A DNA stretch of 64,000 nt from an uncultured bacterium (lineage in GTDB: Bacteria > Babelota > Babeliae > Babelales > RVW-14), in contig CAVXAT010000001.1 of NCBI GenBank assembly GCA_963759805.1, positions 295,915 to 359,914 of the forward strand. Reading direction: 5' to 3'. Both the position numbers and the translations under genes were made by a program. The notes beneath the pieces are model-generated. The model saw nothing but the letters and a program-made list of their open reading frames with translations. It was not told where the DNA came from and made no database searches. Below are positions 40,308 through 50,125 of the stretch, piece after piece. The number at the start of each line of letters is the position of its first letter. The stretch's first letter is position 1.

Positions 40308-41786
40308 CTAATTTATATTCGAACCTAGTTTTATAAACAAAAAATCTGAGTTATCTGCCTTTTGCATATTACATAAAACATTTTTATCAACAGGATTACG
40401 CAGTTGCTTTACAAACATCTTGAAGTTATCACCTATTTTTGAAATATCAATTCCCCAACTATCATTTAAATTATTGGACGCAATATAATAAAGTTCATTA
40501 AAAGAAATCAATAAATGTTGATTATCTTTCTCTACAAAATCTTCCTGATTACAAAATCTACGCTCAAAAACAACCTTACCCAGTACATTATCCATATCAT
40601 CAAGCACAGTCCATTCTGTCCTGCTTTGTACAATATCAACAACTTTTCCGAAAGAAAGTTCTGCTTGAAAAACACCTGTTTTATCAAAGCCTGTTCGCTT
40701 CATAACAAGTTTTACATTGCCAAAATCATACTTAACAACATCGCCAATTCCATTACTCTCGTTTTTGTTATTAAATCTCTTCTGGCACTCGCATCCTTCG
40801 ACAGGCTCCCAGACTTCGCCCTTCGTGGCTACGCCGGGCACGGCAGGACGAGCGCCATTAAGTAGGCGCGCTCGTGGTGAGCTTGTCGAACCATCACCCT
40901 TGGGTGACGCGCCAGATTCCAGAAAAAGTCTACTGTCGGGCTTGCTGACCACCACAAGCCACTCCCAAACATTAGAATAATAATCAGGCTGCGAAGGCAA
41001 CATCGGGTCAATAACCGTTATATTATAAATTCCATATTTTAGTAGTTGGTAGATATCAGTTCCACCGGCAATATAAACAACTGTTCCATTATTCTTAGTT
41101 AATTTTTGAAGTGCAGCCAACGTAGATCTGTTCCAATCCTTCCAGCCATGTCCTGCAAGATAATTCCACATAATTGAATAAATCATACGCACAATTGGGT
41201 AATTTTTGGAATATTGGAGAAGTTTTTCAAACTTCTGGGCTGTTTTTGGATTAAAACAGAATTCAAATAAGTTATTCGCAACACAAAAAAGATAGTTCTG
41301 GGTTAAAAATGGATCTGAATGGGCAAAAAGAAGCTGGGCAAAATTTTTGTATTTACCTATGACGGTCAAAAAACTAGTACTACTTTCAACGTTATTAATC
41401 AACTCATCTGAAAATCCATGTAACTCAATGTATTCGATAAATTTACCAATATCAGTTTCAAGGTATGAGTAAATATTACAAAGTCGCTCTTTTGTTTTGC
41501 TGGTAAGTTTAAATTTGTACGATAAGAAATCAATGGGTTCAAGACAGAAAAAATCGATAACGCTTTTGGTCAAATACGGCTTTCTAGCTGTCTTTTCCAA
41601 TAACTTATTAAATTCATAAACATATCCATTATCAAGCCAATTTTGATCAAGATAATTTTGCATTCCAGAAATATCTAAGTTATCGAAAACATACTGAAAA
41701 CATGGATCACTTTTATCAACCCAGCGCTGAAAAACCACGCTACTGCACATCTCGTGTCCATATGAACTCATTACTACTCCTACCAA
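40308..41786 (-). CDS. Hypothetical protein, paralog of 38856-40181, with an in-frame repeat insertion
   Basis: Colinear similarity to the neighbour except a ~60-aa extra segment; start uncertain. Confidence 0.8.
   Translation of the reverse strand: MVGVVMSSYGHEMCSSVVFQRWVDKSDPCFQYVFDNLDISGMQNYLDQNWLDNGYVYEFNKLLEKTARKPYLTKSVIDFFCLEPIDFLSYKFKLTSKTKERLCNIYSYLETDIGKFIEYIELHGFSDELINNVESSTSFLTVIGKYKNFAQLLFAHSDPFLTQNYLFCVANNLFEFCFNPKTAQKFEKLLQYSKNYPIVRMIYSIMWNYLAGHGWKDWNRSTLAALQKLTKNNGTVVYIAGGTDIYQLLKYGIYNITVIDPMLPSQPDYYSNVWEWLVVVSKPDSRLFLESGASPKGDGSTSSPRARLLNGARPAVPGVATKGEVWEPVEGCECQKRFNNKNESNGIGDVVKYDFGNVKLVMKRTGFDKTGVFQAELSFGKVVDIVQSRTEWTVLDDMDNVLGKVVFERRFCNQEDFVEKDNQHLLISFNELYYIASNNLNDSWGIDISKIGDNFKMFVKQLRNPVDKNVLCNMQKADNSDFLFIKLGSNIN
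40795..40913. repeat. Composite palindromic element, in frame
   Basis: Near-identical to 21803-21921; encodes GASPKGDGSTSSPRARLLNGARPAVPGVATKGEVWEPVEG. Confidence 0.9.
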
Positions 41787-43719
41787 CGCAAACAGTTCAC
41801 ACTGAAATTAAACTACTAAAGAACATATACTAACATTCTAGATCTGCAATAAAAATCTAACAAAAATGGCTAAAAACAACGATTTTCTCATAATCCCCCC
41901 TCTATTTGCGCCTTACGAAAATATATTCTATAATTAACAATAGAATTAATCGCAAAATTAATTATTAAATAATGGAAGTTATATTTTTATTTTTTATTTT
42001 TTGGAGGTTATATCATGAAAAAGTCGACATTTATCACATTTCTAGCGTTTTTGGCATGCCAGACTTCTAATGCAATCTGTGCAATGCAACATACTGAGGA
42101 CGAAATTTCAAAAAGCCAAGCACCCGAAGCTCAATCCCCTCATTCTACAGAGCCCAATGTTGAGGCGAAGGAAGCATTGTATGCAGCTGCCGCCGAGGGA
42201 CAAGTAAAAACACTTGAGGCTTTTGTTGAAAAATTTGGAGTTAAGCAATTATTTAAACAAATCTTTTTAACGCCAATAACAACAGGTCCTGATGTCGATA
42301 AGACAGGATTGCACGTAGTTGCTGCTAATGGACACGTAGAAATTCTTAAGTATTTTGTTGATAAATTTGGACCAGAAGTTTTAAAGATACCAATAACAAC
42401 AGGTCCTGAGGCTGGAATGACAGCATTGCACATAACTGCCGCTCATGGACACATAGAAATACTTAAATATTTTGTTGATAAATTTGGGCCAGAAGTTTTA
42501 ATGACTCCAATAACAACAGGTCCCTGGGCCGGATGGACAGCATTGCACGCAGCTGCTAACGGATGGAAAGCATTGCACTCAGCTGCCACTAATGAACACG
42601 TGGAAATTCTTAAGTATTTTGTTGATAAATTTGGGCCAAAAATTTTAACAACACCAATAACAACAGGTCCCTGGGCCGGATGGACTGCATTACACCTAGC
42701 TGCCTCTCATGGACACATCGAAATTCTTAAGTATTTTGTTGATAAATTTGGGCCAGAAGTTTTAACGACACCAATAACAACAGGTCCCTGGGCCGGATGG
42801 ACTGCATTGTATTTTGCTGCCGCTAATGGACACATCGAAATTCTTAAGTATTTTGTTGATAAATTTGGACCAGAAGTTTTAACGACACCACTAGCAACAG
42901 GTCCTAATGCCGGATGGACAGCATTGCACGCAGCTGCCGAGAAGGGATGTGTGGAAATTCTTAAGTATTTTGTTGATAAATTTGGGCCAGAAGTTTTAAC
43001 GAGACCAATAACAACGAATCCTAATGCCGGATGGACAGCATTGCACTTAGCTGCCGCTAATGGACGCATGGAAATTCTTAAGTATTTTGTTGATAAATTT
43101 GGACCAAAAGTTTTAAACACTCCTATTAATAGCCCTAACACAAGGTTTCATAACTATACGCTTTTACACATTGCCGCAAGATATGGTTGCAATGAATTTG
43201 CTCAATTTCTTCTAAACAGTAAAATGGATCCTCGTATATTGGAATCCATCGCTCTCTTCCATGACACTGATACAAGAGATGTCACACCATGCACTCCTGC
43301 AAAACTTGCTTTCAAATTCAACCACCCAGACACTGAAAATTTAATTCTTCTGGCAATGACTAAGCCAATTAAAACATGTTTGGCATGTAATCAAGAATTA
43401 CATGCTGGTAACAAATTAATACGATTTGATTGCGGACACGCTGTAACAGGAGAAATCGAGTGTTTAACTAGGGTAGGTAATGCATTTGCTGACAAATGCC
43501 CATTATGCAACAAACAAAGAATTTTGGGACAAGAAAAAGTATTGACCGTATCTGAGGATTTTTTACAAAAGGCAAGGGCATCAGACCAACAGCCACAAAT
43601 TAATTGGTCGCCTAAAACGTTTTTTGCAAAAGAATGCGTAATTTGTGGCGATGACATAAAAGCCGGCAGCACTGTTTTACGTTTATGTTGCGGGCATACA
43701 TTGTGTAAAGATCCTATAT

Positions 43720-45103
43720 CAGGACTTTGCCCTGATTTCAAATAATTGATCCAATCAATTCTGCAGCAAAATCTTCATTGTTTTTTTGAAGCAATTTTGC
43801 GATTGCATGCGCACTTTGACCAAATGACCAATTTTCGAAAAACAAAAATCATTTGACAAAATCAACAAAAAAAGGCTCTCTTTTTTTAGGAGAAAATCAG
43901 TTAAATTTACCCAAAAAAGGAGAGCCCTATGATCATGTTACAAAGAGTAATAAAACTTTTAAAAAAAGTAAACGTTCAAATTCGTACTTATGTTGTATGT
44001 TTGATTCTTACAAGTGGACGAAAAAATTGTGCCGAGATGGCTCGTACTGTTGGCGTTTCACAAAAAGGGTTGTATGCATTTTTATCAAATGCAAAGGATA
44101 ATTCGGCAGAAATAGAAAAACATCTGATTGAGTTTGCAAAATCAACGAGAGATAAAAAATTTAAGCGCACAGCTGTGGTTGATCCAACGGCTCTAATAAA
44201 AAGATACGCACAGTTAATGGAAATGCTCTGTTACGATAAAGATGGTTGTACAAAACATGTTGAAAAATTATTGGTTCCAGTTTGTGTATCTATTGTCGAT
44301 CAAAATGTAAAAATTCCATTAAATGTTGATTTTTGGATACAAAGAAAAGCTCGCGGTAGAAAAAAATATAGATCAAAAGTAGAAATTGCGCAGGAGTTAA
44401 TTTTATACTTGATTTCAAAGGGAATTGAGTTTGATTTTGTGTCTTTGGATGGTGCATTCCCAACACCAAATATGTTTGCATTTTTTCAACGAAATAGACG
44501 GTTGAAGTTTACAATGCGAACGCCAAAAAGCAGATGCGTTGTTACAAGCGATGGGAAACGCATGCAGTTGCAGCACATTCCATCATTAAAGTTAACGCGC
44601 AATTCCAGAGAAAAAACTATAAAAGCCAAACTTTATGGCAAAACATATTTTTTTACTGCATACAAACGAAAAAAGCGCTTTGGGGGATGGGAGACTGTTT
44701 TTTTAGTAAGCAATATGAATTTGCCCGCGAAAGAACAAGTTAAAGCATTTAATTTGCGTTGGCCACAGGAAAAAATAAATCGAACGTCAAAGCAAAAATT
44801 TGGTATGCACCAATGTCAGGCATTGAAATTGTCAAAACAAAAAGCTCATATCATGGCAGGATACCTTGCTCATGCAATTATCGAAGTTGCGAATATTGAC
44901 AAACAGGAAGAAAGTGTCGATAAAATTGTTAATATTTTTAGATCCAACCATTTCGACGATCTGGCCGAGGCCATAAGAAAACCACCTAAAAATAAATCGA
45001 TGCCAAACGCTGGATACACCGAAGTTTCTTCTCAAAATCATGTTCAAATTTTTTACAACAATGCTGGAGAATTCAATGTTTTAAATGCGTAGGCAAGGTC
45101 CTG
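43720..45103 (+). mobile_element. IS4-like (IS701/ISH3-type) insertion sequence, 1384 bp
   Basis: IRs CAGGACTTTGCC/GGCAAGGTCCTG; 5-bp target duplication TATAT (43715-43719 and 45104-45108). Confidence 0.92.
43929..45092 (+). CDS. DDE transposase
   Basis: VVDPT, SLDGAF, RWPQEKINRTSKQ; stop codon runs into the right IR. Confidence 0.9.
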   Translation: MIMLQRVIKLLKKVNVQIRTYVVCLILTSGRKNCAEMARTVGVSQKGLYAFLSNAKDNSAEIEKHLIEFAKSTRDKKFKRTAVVDPTALIKRYAQLMEMLCYDKDGCTKHVEKLLVPVCVSIVDQNVKIPLNVDFWIQRKARGRKKYRSKVEIAQELILYLISKGIEFDFVSLDGAFPTPNMFAFFQRNRRLKFTMRTPKSRCVVTSDGKRMQLQHIPSLKLTRNSREKTIKAKLYGKTYFFTAYKRKKRFGGWETVFLVSNMNLPAKEQVKAFNLRWPQEKINRTSKQKFGMHQCQALKLSKQKAHIMAGYLAHAIIEVANIDKQEESVDKIVNIFRSNHFDDLAEAIRKPPKNKSMPNAGYTEVSSQNHVQIFYNNAGEFNVLNA

Positions 45104-45329
45104 TATATGTAGCATGAGTCTTGCTAAGTGTCCAATTTGCAGAGCTGCAAGAATAATTAAGGATGAAACAATCGTAACATACCCCGGGCCAGATACATCT
45201 GAGCCAGAAACAAAAAAATAAAGCGCGCAACGACTTATAAAAGCAACTGTACCGTGCTTAGAAATTAAATTGCAAAAACTAAATTGTTAAATAATGGAAG
45301 TTATATTTTTATTTTTTTGAGGTTATATC

Positions 45330-47594
45330 ATGAAAAAGTCAATCTTAATAACACTTTTAGCGTTTTTTGCATGCCAGACTTCGAATGGAATCTGCGCAAT
45401 GAAACCTACTGAGGGTGAAATCTCAAAAAACCAAGCAACTGATGCTCGATCCCATCATTATTCTACAGAACCCAATGTCGGATGGACAGCATGGCACGAA
45501 GCTGCCGCTGAGGGACATGTAGAAATTCTTAAGTCTTTAGTCGATAAATTTGGGAAAGATGTTTTAAAGACACCAATAACAACAGGCCATGATGTCGGAT
45601 GGACAGCATTGCACATAGCTGCCGATAATGGAGACGTGGAAATTCTTAAGTATTTTGTTCAGCTATTTGGACCAGAAATTTTAACGACACCAATAACAAC
45701 AAGTCCTGAGACCGGATGGACAGCATTGCACATAGCTGGCGCTAATGGAGACGTGGAAATTCTTAAGTATTTTGTTCAGCTATTTGGGAAAGATGTTTTA
45801 ACGACACCAATAGCAACAGATCCACTTGCCGGATTGACAGCATTGCACCTAGCTGTCGGAGATGGGCAAGTAAAAACACTTGCGTATTTTGTTGATAAAT
45901 TTGGGCCAGAAGTTTTAACGACACCAATAACAACAGGTCACCTTGCTGGATGGACAGCATTGCATCTAGCTGCCGCTTATGGGCAGGTAAAAACACTTGA
46001 GTATTTTGTTGATAAATTTGGGCCAGAAGTTTTAACGACATCAATAACAACAGGTCCTAATGTCGGACGGACAGCATTGCACACAGCTGAGTATTTTGTT
46101 GATGGAAAAACACTTGAGTATTTTGTTGAAAAATTTGGGCCAAAAGTTTTAATGAGACCAATAGCAACAGGTCCCTTTGCCGGATGGACAGTATTGCACA
46201 TAGCTGCCGAGAAAGGACGTGTGGAGATTCTTAAGTTTTTGGTTGATAAATTTGGGCCAGAAGCTTTAAAGACTCCAATAGCCGTAGGGCCTAATGTCGA
46301 TAAGACAGGATTGTACCTAGCTGCCGCTAATGGACACATAGAAATACTTAAGTGTTTTGTTGATAAATTTGGACCAGAGGTTTTAAAGACACCAATAACA
46401 ACAGGTGATAATGCCGGATGGGCAGCATTGCATGTAGCTGCCGCGAAGGGACACGTGGAAATTCTGATGTATTTTGTTGAAAAATTTGGGCCAGAAGTTT
46501 TAACGACACCAATAACAACAGGTCCCTGGGCCGGATGGACTGCATTGTATTTTGCTGCCGCTAATGGACACATCGAAATTCTTAAGTATTTTGTTGATAA
46601 ATTTGGATCAAAAGTTTTAATGACTCCAATAACAACAGGGCTTATTACCGGATGGACAGCATTGCACCTAGCTGCCGAGAAGGGACACGTAGAAATTCTT
46701 AAGTATTTTATTCAGCTATTTGGGCCAGTAGTTTTAATGACACCAATAACAATAGGTGATAATGCCGGATGGACAACATTGTACCTAGCTGCCGCCAGGG
46801 GGCGCGTGGAAATTCTTATGTATTTTGTTGAAAAATTTGGGTCAGAAGTTTTAAACACTCCTATTAATAACCCTAACTCAGAGTTTCATGATTATACGCT
46901 TTTACACCTTGCCGCAAGACTTGGGCACAATGAATCCGCACAGTTTCTTCTAACCAGTAAAATGGATCCACGTATATTGGAATCTATCGTTCTCTTCCAT
47001 GATCCTGACACGGAAGATGTCACACCATGCACGCCTGCGAAACTTGCTTTCAAATTCAATCACCCAGACACTGAAAATTTAATTCTTCTGGCAATGACTA
47101 AGCCAATTAAAACATGTTTGGTATGTCATAAAGAATTACATGCTGGTGACAAATTAATACGATTTGATTGTGGGCACACTGTAACAGGAGAAATCGAGTG
47201 TTTAACTAGGGTAGGTAACACATTTGCTGACAAATGCCCATTATGTAACAAACAAAGAATTTTGGGACAAGAAAAAGTATTGACCATATCTGAAGATTTT
47301 TTACAGAAGGCAAGGGCATCAGATCAACAACCGCCAATTACGTTAGGTCAACAACCGCCAATTAATCCTTTACCTAAAACATTTTTTGGAAAAGAATGCG
47401 TAATTTGTCGCGATGGCATAAAACCTGGCAGCAATGTTTTACGTTTATGTTGTGGACATACGTTATGTACAAATCCTATGTGTAGCATTAGTCTTGTTAA
47501 GTGTCCAATTTGCAGAACTGCAAGAATAATTAAGGATGAAACAATCGTAACATACTCCGGGCCAGACACATCTGAATCGGAAACAAAAAAATAA
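45330..47594 (+). CDS. Secreted ankyrin-repeat protein with two C-terminal RING-like domains
   Basis: About 13 ankyrin repeats, mostly 39 aa; CLVC...CGH...C...CPLC and CVIC...CGHTLC...C...CPICR. Confidence 0.92.
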   Translation: MKKSILITLLAFFACQTSNGICAMKPTEGEISKNQATDARSHHYSTEPNVGWTAWHEAAAEGHVEILKSLVDKFGKDVLKTPITTGHDVGWTALHIAADNGDVEILKYFVQLFGPEILTTPITTSPETGWTALHIAGANGDVEILKYFVQLFGKDVLTTPIATDPLAGLTALHLAVGDGQVKTLAYFVDKFGPEVLTTPITTGHLAGWTALHLAAAYGQVKTLEYFVDKFGPEVLTTSITTGPNVGRTALHTAEYFVDGKTLEYFVEKFGPKVLMRPIATGPFAGWTVLHIAAEKGRVEILKFLVDKFGPEALKTPIAVGPNVDKTGLYLAAANGHIEILKCFVDKFGPEVLKTPITTGDNAGWAALHVAAAKGHVEILMYFVEKFGPEVLTTPITTGPWAGWTALYFAAANGHIEILKYFVDKFGSKVLMTPITTGLITGWTALHLAAEKGHVEILKYFIQLFGPVVLMTPITIGDNAGWTTLYLAAARGRVEILMYFVEKFGSEVLNTPINNPNSEFHDYTLLHLAARLGHNESAQFLLTSKMDPRILESIVLFHDPDTEDVTPCTPAKLAFKFNHPDTENLILLAMTKPIKTCLVCHKELHAGDKLIRFDCGHTVTGEIECLTRVGNTFADKCPLCNKQRILGQEKVLTISEDFLQKARASDQQPPITLGQQPPINPLPKTFFGKECVICRDGIKPGSNVLRLCCGHTLCTNPMCSISLVKCPICRTARIIKDETIVTYSGPDTSESETKK

Positions 47595-47705
47595 GCCTGC
47601 GTTTCATCGTAATTTCATAATTTCCATGTTTTGATTAATTATCAAACTAGCGATATAATGTATCAATAACAAAAATTGACTTATAAACGCTGGAAAGGAC
47701 AATCC

Positions 47706-48143
47706 ATGGAAGGTGGTGAAATTGTTCTATCATTTGAACTTCTTGTTTTGATAAATTGGTTAATGCAAAATGAAAGACAGATGTTAAACAATTTAATAAA
47801 ACACGCATTAAAAAATGGACTTGCGCAGGAGTTTGAAAAAATTTCAGACATGGACAACATCGAGGTCAATGAACAGTTTTATACAACGATAATTAGTTTT
47901 CTTCTATTCATGGAAGATGGGCTTGTACAAAACTTAAGTCAGATAAAAATCAGTAAAGATACACATGATGATATCTTTCCAGTTTTAAAAAAAATAGACA
48001 TGAAAGATATTAATATCAAACCTATTTTTTCCGGAGTAAAGCAGTCGCAGACAGCCAGTGTTGATACAGAAGAGACAAAAAATGTCTTATTCCATCAGAT
48101 TCTTAAAAATTGGAAGCCCAACAAAAACGATCTATTGAATTAA
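47706..48143 (+). CDS. Hypothetical protein
   Basis: ORF with ATG at 47706 after AAAGGA. Confidence 0.7.
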   Translation: MEGGEIVLSFELLVLINWLMQNERQMLNNLIKHALKNGLAQEFEKISDMDNIEVNEQFYTTIISFLLFMEDGLVQNLSQIKISKDTHDDIFPVLKKIDMKDINIKPIFSGVKQSQTASVDTEETKNVLFHQILKNWKPNKNDLLN

Positions 48144-48159
48144 AAGACTTTTTAGAGTT

Positions 48160-48819
48160 CTAAAACTTAAAACCTAACCTTTTCAGCCCTTGTCTCAGTT
48201 CAAACAATGGCAAGCCTAAAACTGACGTATATGATCCATTAATACTTTTTAAAAACGCCTGCCCTACTCCCTCAATAACGCCGCCACCACATGCATGCAA
48301 TGCCCATGGCTCTTTTCCAAAATAAAAATCAAAACTCTCTTCGTCGATTGAAAATTCCACTTGCGCACCAGTTGCCCAACATTGCCTTTTTTCAATTTCC
48401 CAATGAGTCCTACCAGATTGCTTCATAAGTTGCAAACAGCAGCCTGTAAAAACATCTATGGGCTGATCACGTAAAATTCTGAGCATCTCTTTTGCATGTT
48501 CAAGATCTCTTGGCTTACCAAGAATCTGATTTGTTCGAACAGTTTTTATTAAAGTGTCTGCAGTTAAAACAAAAATTCTCTTCTCTTTAATTTGACTTAC
48601 TTCGGGAAACTGCAGATGCTGCATCTTATCGCAAGCAATTGCGATCACATATTTTTCAAAATCATCGGATGGTTCAACAACAGATTCTGCACTTTTGTGC
48701 TCCAAAACTTTAAATTTAATATCGGCTAGTTTTAACAAATTTTGTCTTGGCTGTGATTGCGACCCAAGATATAAAATGTCTCGATACGAAGTATCTCGAG
48801 ACGAAGTATCAGTTTTCAT
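48160..48819 (-). CDS. maf: Maf family nucleoside triphosphate pyrophosphatase
   Basis: LYLGSQSQPR, TADT, ILGKP, INGSYTSVLGLP; start 48819 overlaps the dprA stop. Confidence 0.88.
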   Translation of the reverse strand: MKTDTSSRDTSYRDILYLGSQSQPRQNLLKLADIKFKVLEHKSAESVVEPSDDFEKYVIAIACDKMQHLQFPEVSQIKEKRIFVLTADTLIKTVRTNQILGKPRDLEHAKEMLRILRDQPIDVFTGCCLQLMKQSGRTHWEIEKRQCWATGAQVEFSIDEESFDFYFGKEPWALHACGGGVIEGVGQAFLKSINGSYTSVLGLPLFELRQGLKRLGFKF

Positions 48820-50089
48820 ATTTTTCCCATGCACCCGTAAAATTTTGTTTAACTTTACCCTCAAGCTGCAAATTAAAAAGTTTATCCTGCAACTCATCAA
48901 ATTTCAGGCCTGTTTTTATCAAGAGTTCATCAAGCGTGTACGATTTATCCAGATTACGCAAAATCCAGGCTTCGCTTTCAGCTACGCCGGACACGGCAGG
49001 AAGATCCTTCGATACATTTTGCTCAGCAAGCTTCGCAAAACACTCAGGATGAGCGGGATTAAGTAGGCGCGCTCGTGGTGAGCTTGTCGAACCATCCGTC
49101 GTAGCCTTGGCGTAGACGGACGCGCCGGGTTGCTGTAAATGTTCCCCAAACTCTTCTAGAATATCATTTGCATCACTGACGGGCTTTGCGCCCTGCTTAA
49201 TTAACTCATTGCACCCGGCACTCAATTTATCATCAATCCTGCCCGGAATTGCAAAAACGAGCCTGCCCTGCTCCAATGCACAGCGCGCTGTAATTAAAGC
49301 ACCACTTTTCACCGCAGCTTGAACAACGAGGCAGCCATGGCTTAAGCCTGATATAATACGATTTCTAGCAGGAAATGTTCCCTTATCCGGTCGTCGATTT
49401 AGAGGGAATGGCGAGATAACTGTTCCTCCACTATTCACAACCGTTTTAAACAGATCAGTATTATTTTCAGGATAAGGACGTAAAAGACCGGAGCCCAAGA
49501 CCACAACCGTTTTGCCTGCGGAATTTAACGTTGTTTGATGCGCCATCGTGTCAGCACCGATAGCACCGCCACTAACTATCGCCCATCCATTTGAAACAAG
49601 CGTTGGAATAATAGTTTGAATTGCATGCAAAGCATATTCGTCGGCAGATCGCGCACCAACTACTCCAAAATATTTAATCCGCTGATGGTCAAACATGGCA
49701 CCCGAAACATACAGCACAATCGGTGGAAAATGAATTTGACGCAAGATTTCCGGATATTCAGAACTTAAAATATCAATAATCTTTATGCCGTTTTTTTCTG
49801 CCAACACCAACTCTGTCTCTAAAATTTGCGGATCAGAAATACAATCATAAAGTTGTTGCGCACAGATTTGCGATAAACCAAATCTATTAACAAAATCAGA
49901 TATCGAATAATCGTAAATAACTTGCAGATCTAAGTTGATACCGTTTTGAGCAATCTCAGACCAGTCCGGATCGAATAAATTTGGATTTTGGTCCAGAAAC
50001 AGTTTGTGTAATATTTTAAAAACTGTTGCCGGACCAACTTTTTCAGCAAGCGATAGATGAAGTAGTACTGCTGTGTTTTTGTTATGCAT
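48809..50089 (-). CDS. dprA: DNA-processing protein DprA with an in-frame repeat insertion in the linker
   Basis: VVGAR, IVSGGAIGAD, FPARNRIISGL, SGALITA, GCNELIKQGA, C-terminal wHTH. Confidence 0.93.
   Translation of the reverse strand: MHNKNTAVLLHLSLAEKVGPATVFKILHKLFLDQNPNLFDPDWSEIAQNGINLDLQVIYDYSISDFVNRFGLSQICAQQLYDCISDPQILETELVLAEKNGIKIIDILSSEYPEILRQIHFPPIVLYVSGAMFDHQRIKYFGVVGARSADEYALHAIQTIIPTLVSNGWAIVSGGAIGADTMAHQTTLNSAGKTVVVLGSGLLRPYPENNTDLFKTVVNSGGTVISPFPLNRRPDKGTFPARNRIISGLSHGCLVVQAAVKSGALITARCALEQGRLVFAIPGRIDDKLSAGCNELIKQGAKPVSDANDILEEFGEHLQQPGASVYAKATTDGSTSSPRARLLNPAHPECFAKLAEQNVSKDLPAVSGVAESEAWILRNLDKSYTLDELLIKTGLKFDELQDKLFNLQLEGKVKQNFTGAWEKYEN
48965..49126. repeat. Array of four palindromic modules in frame in dprA
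   Basis: Contains GGCGCGCTCGTGGTGAGCTTGTCGAACCA and TCCGTCGTAGCCTTGGCGTAGACGGA. Confidence 0.9.
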
Positions 50090-50125
50090 ACCCGCCCTAG
50101 TTTGCTAAAAGAACCCGCTCGTGGG

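Larger units (their letters stand above)
42015..45221 (+). pseudogene. Secreted ankyrin-RING-RING protein interrupted by an IS in its second RING
   Basis: 39-aa ankyrin repeats; removing the IS plus one TATAT restores LCKDPICSMSLAKCPICR...ETKK*, matching the paralog at 45330. Confidence 0.9.

Noticed and set aside
42280..46860. 117-bp periodic repeats as a CRISPR array or DGR template/variable repeats
   Set aside because: They are in-frame ankyrin coding repeats with no unique spacers; no cas or reverse transcriptase gene; variation is not adenine-specific.
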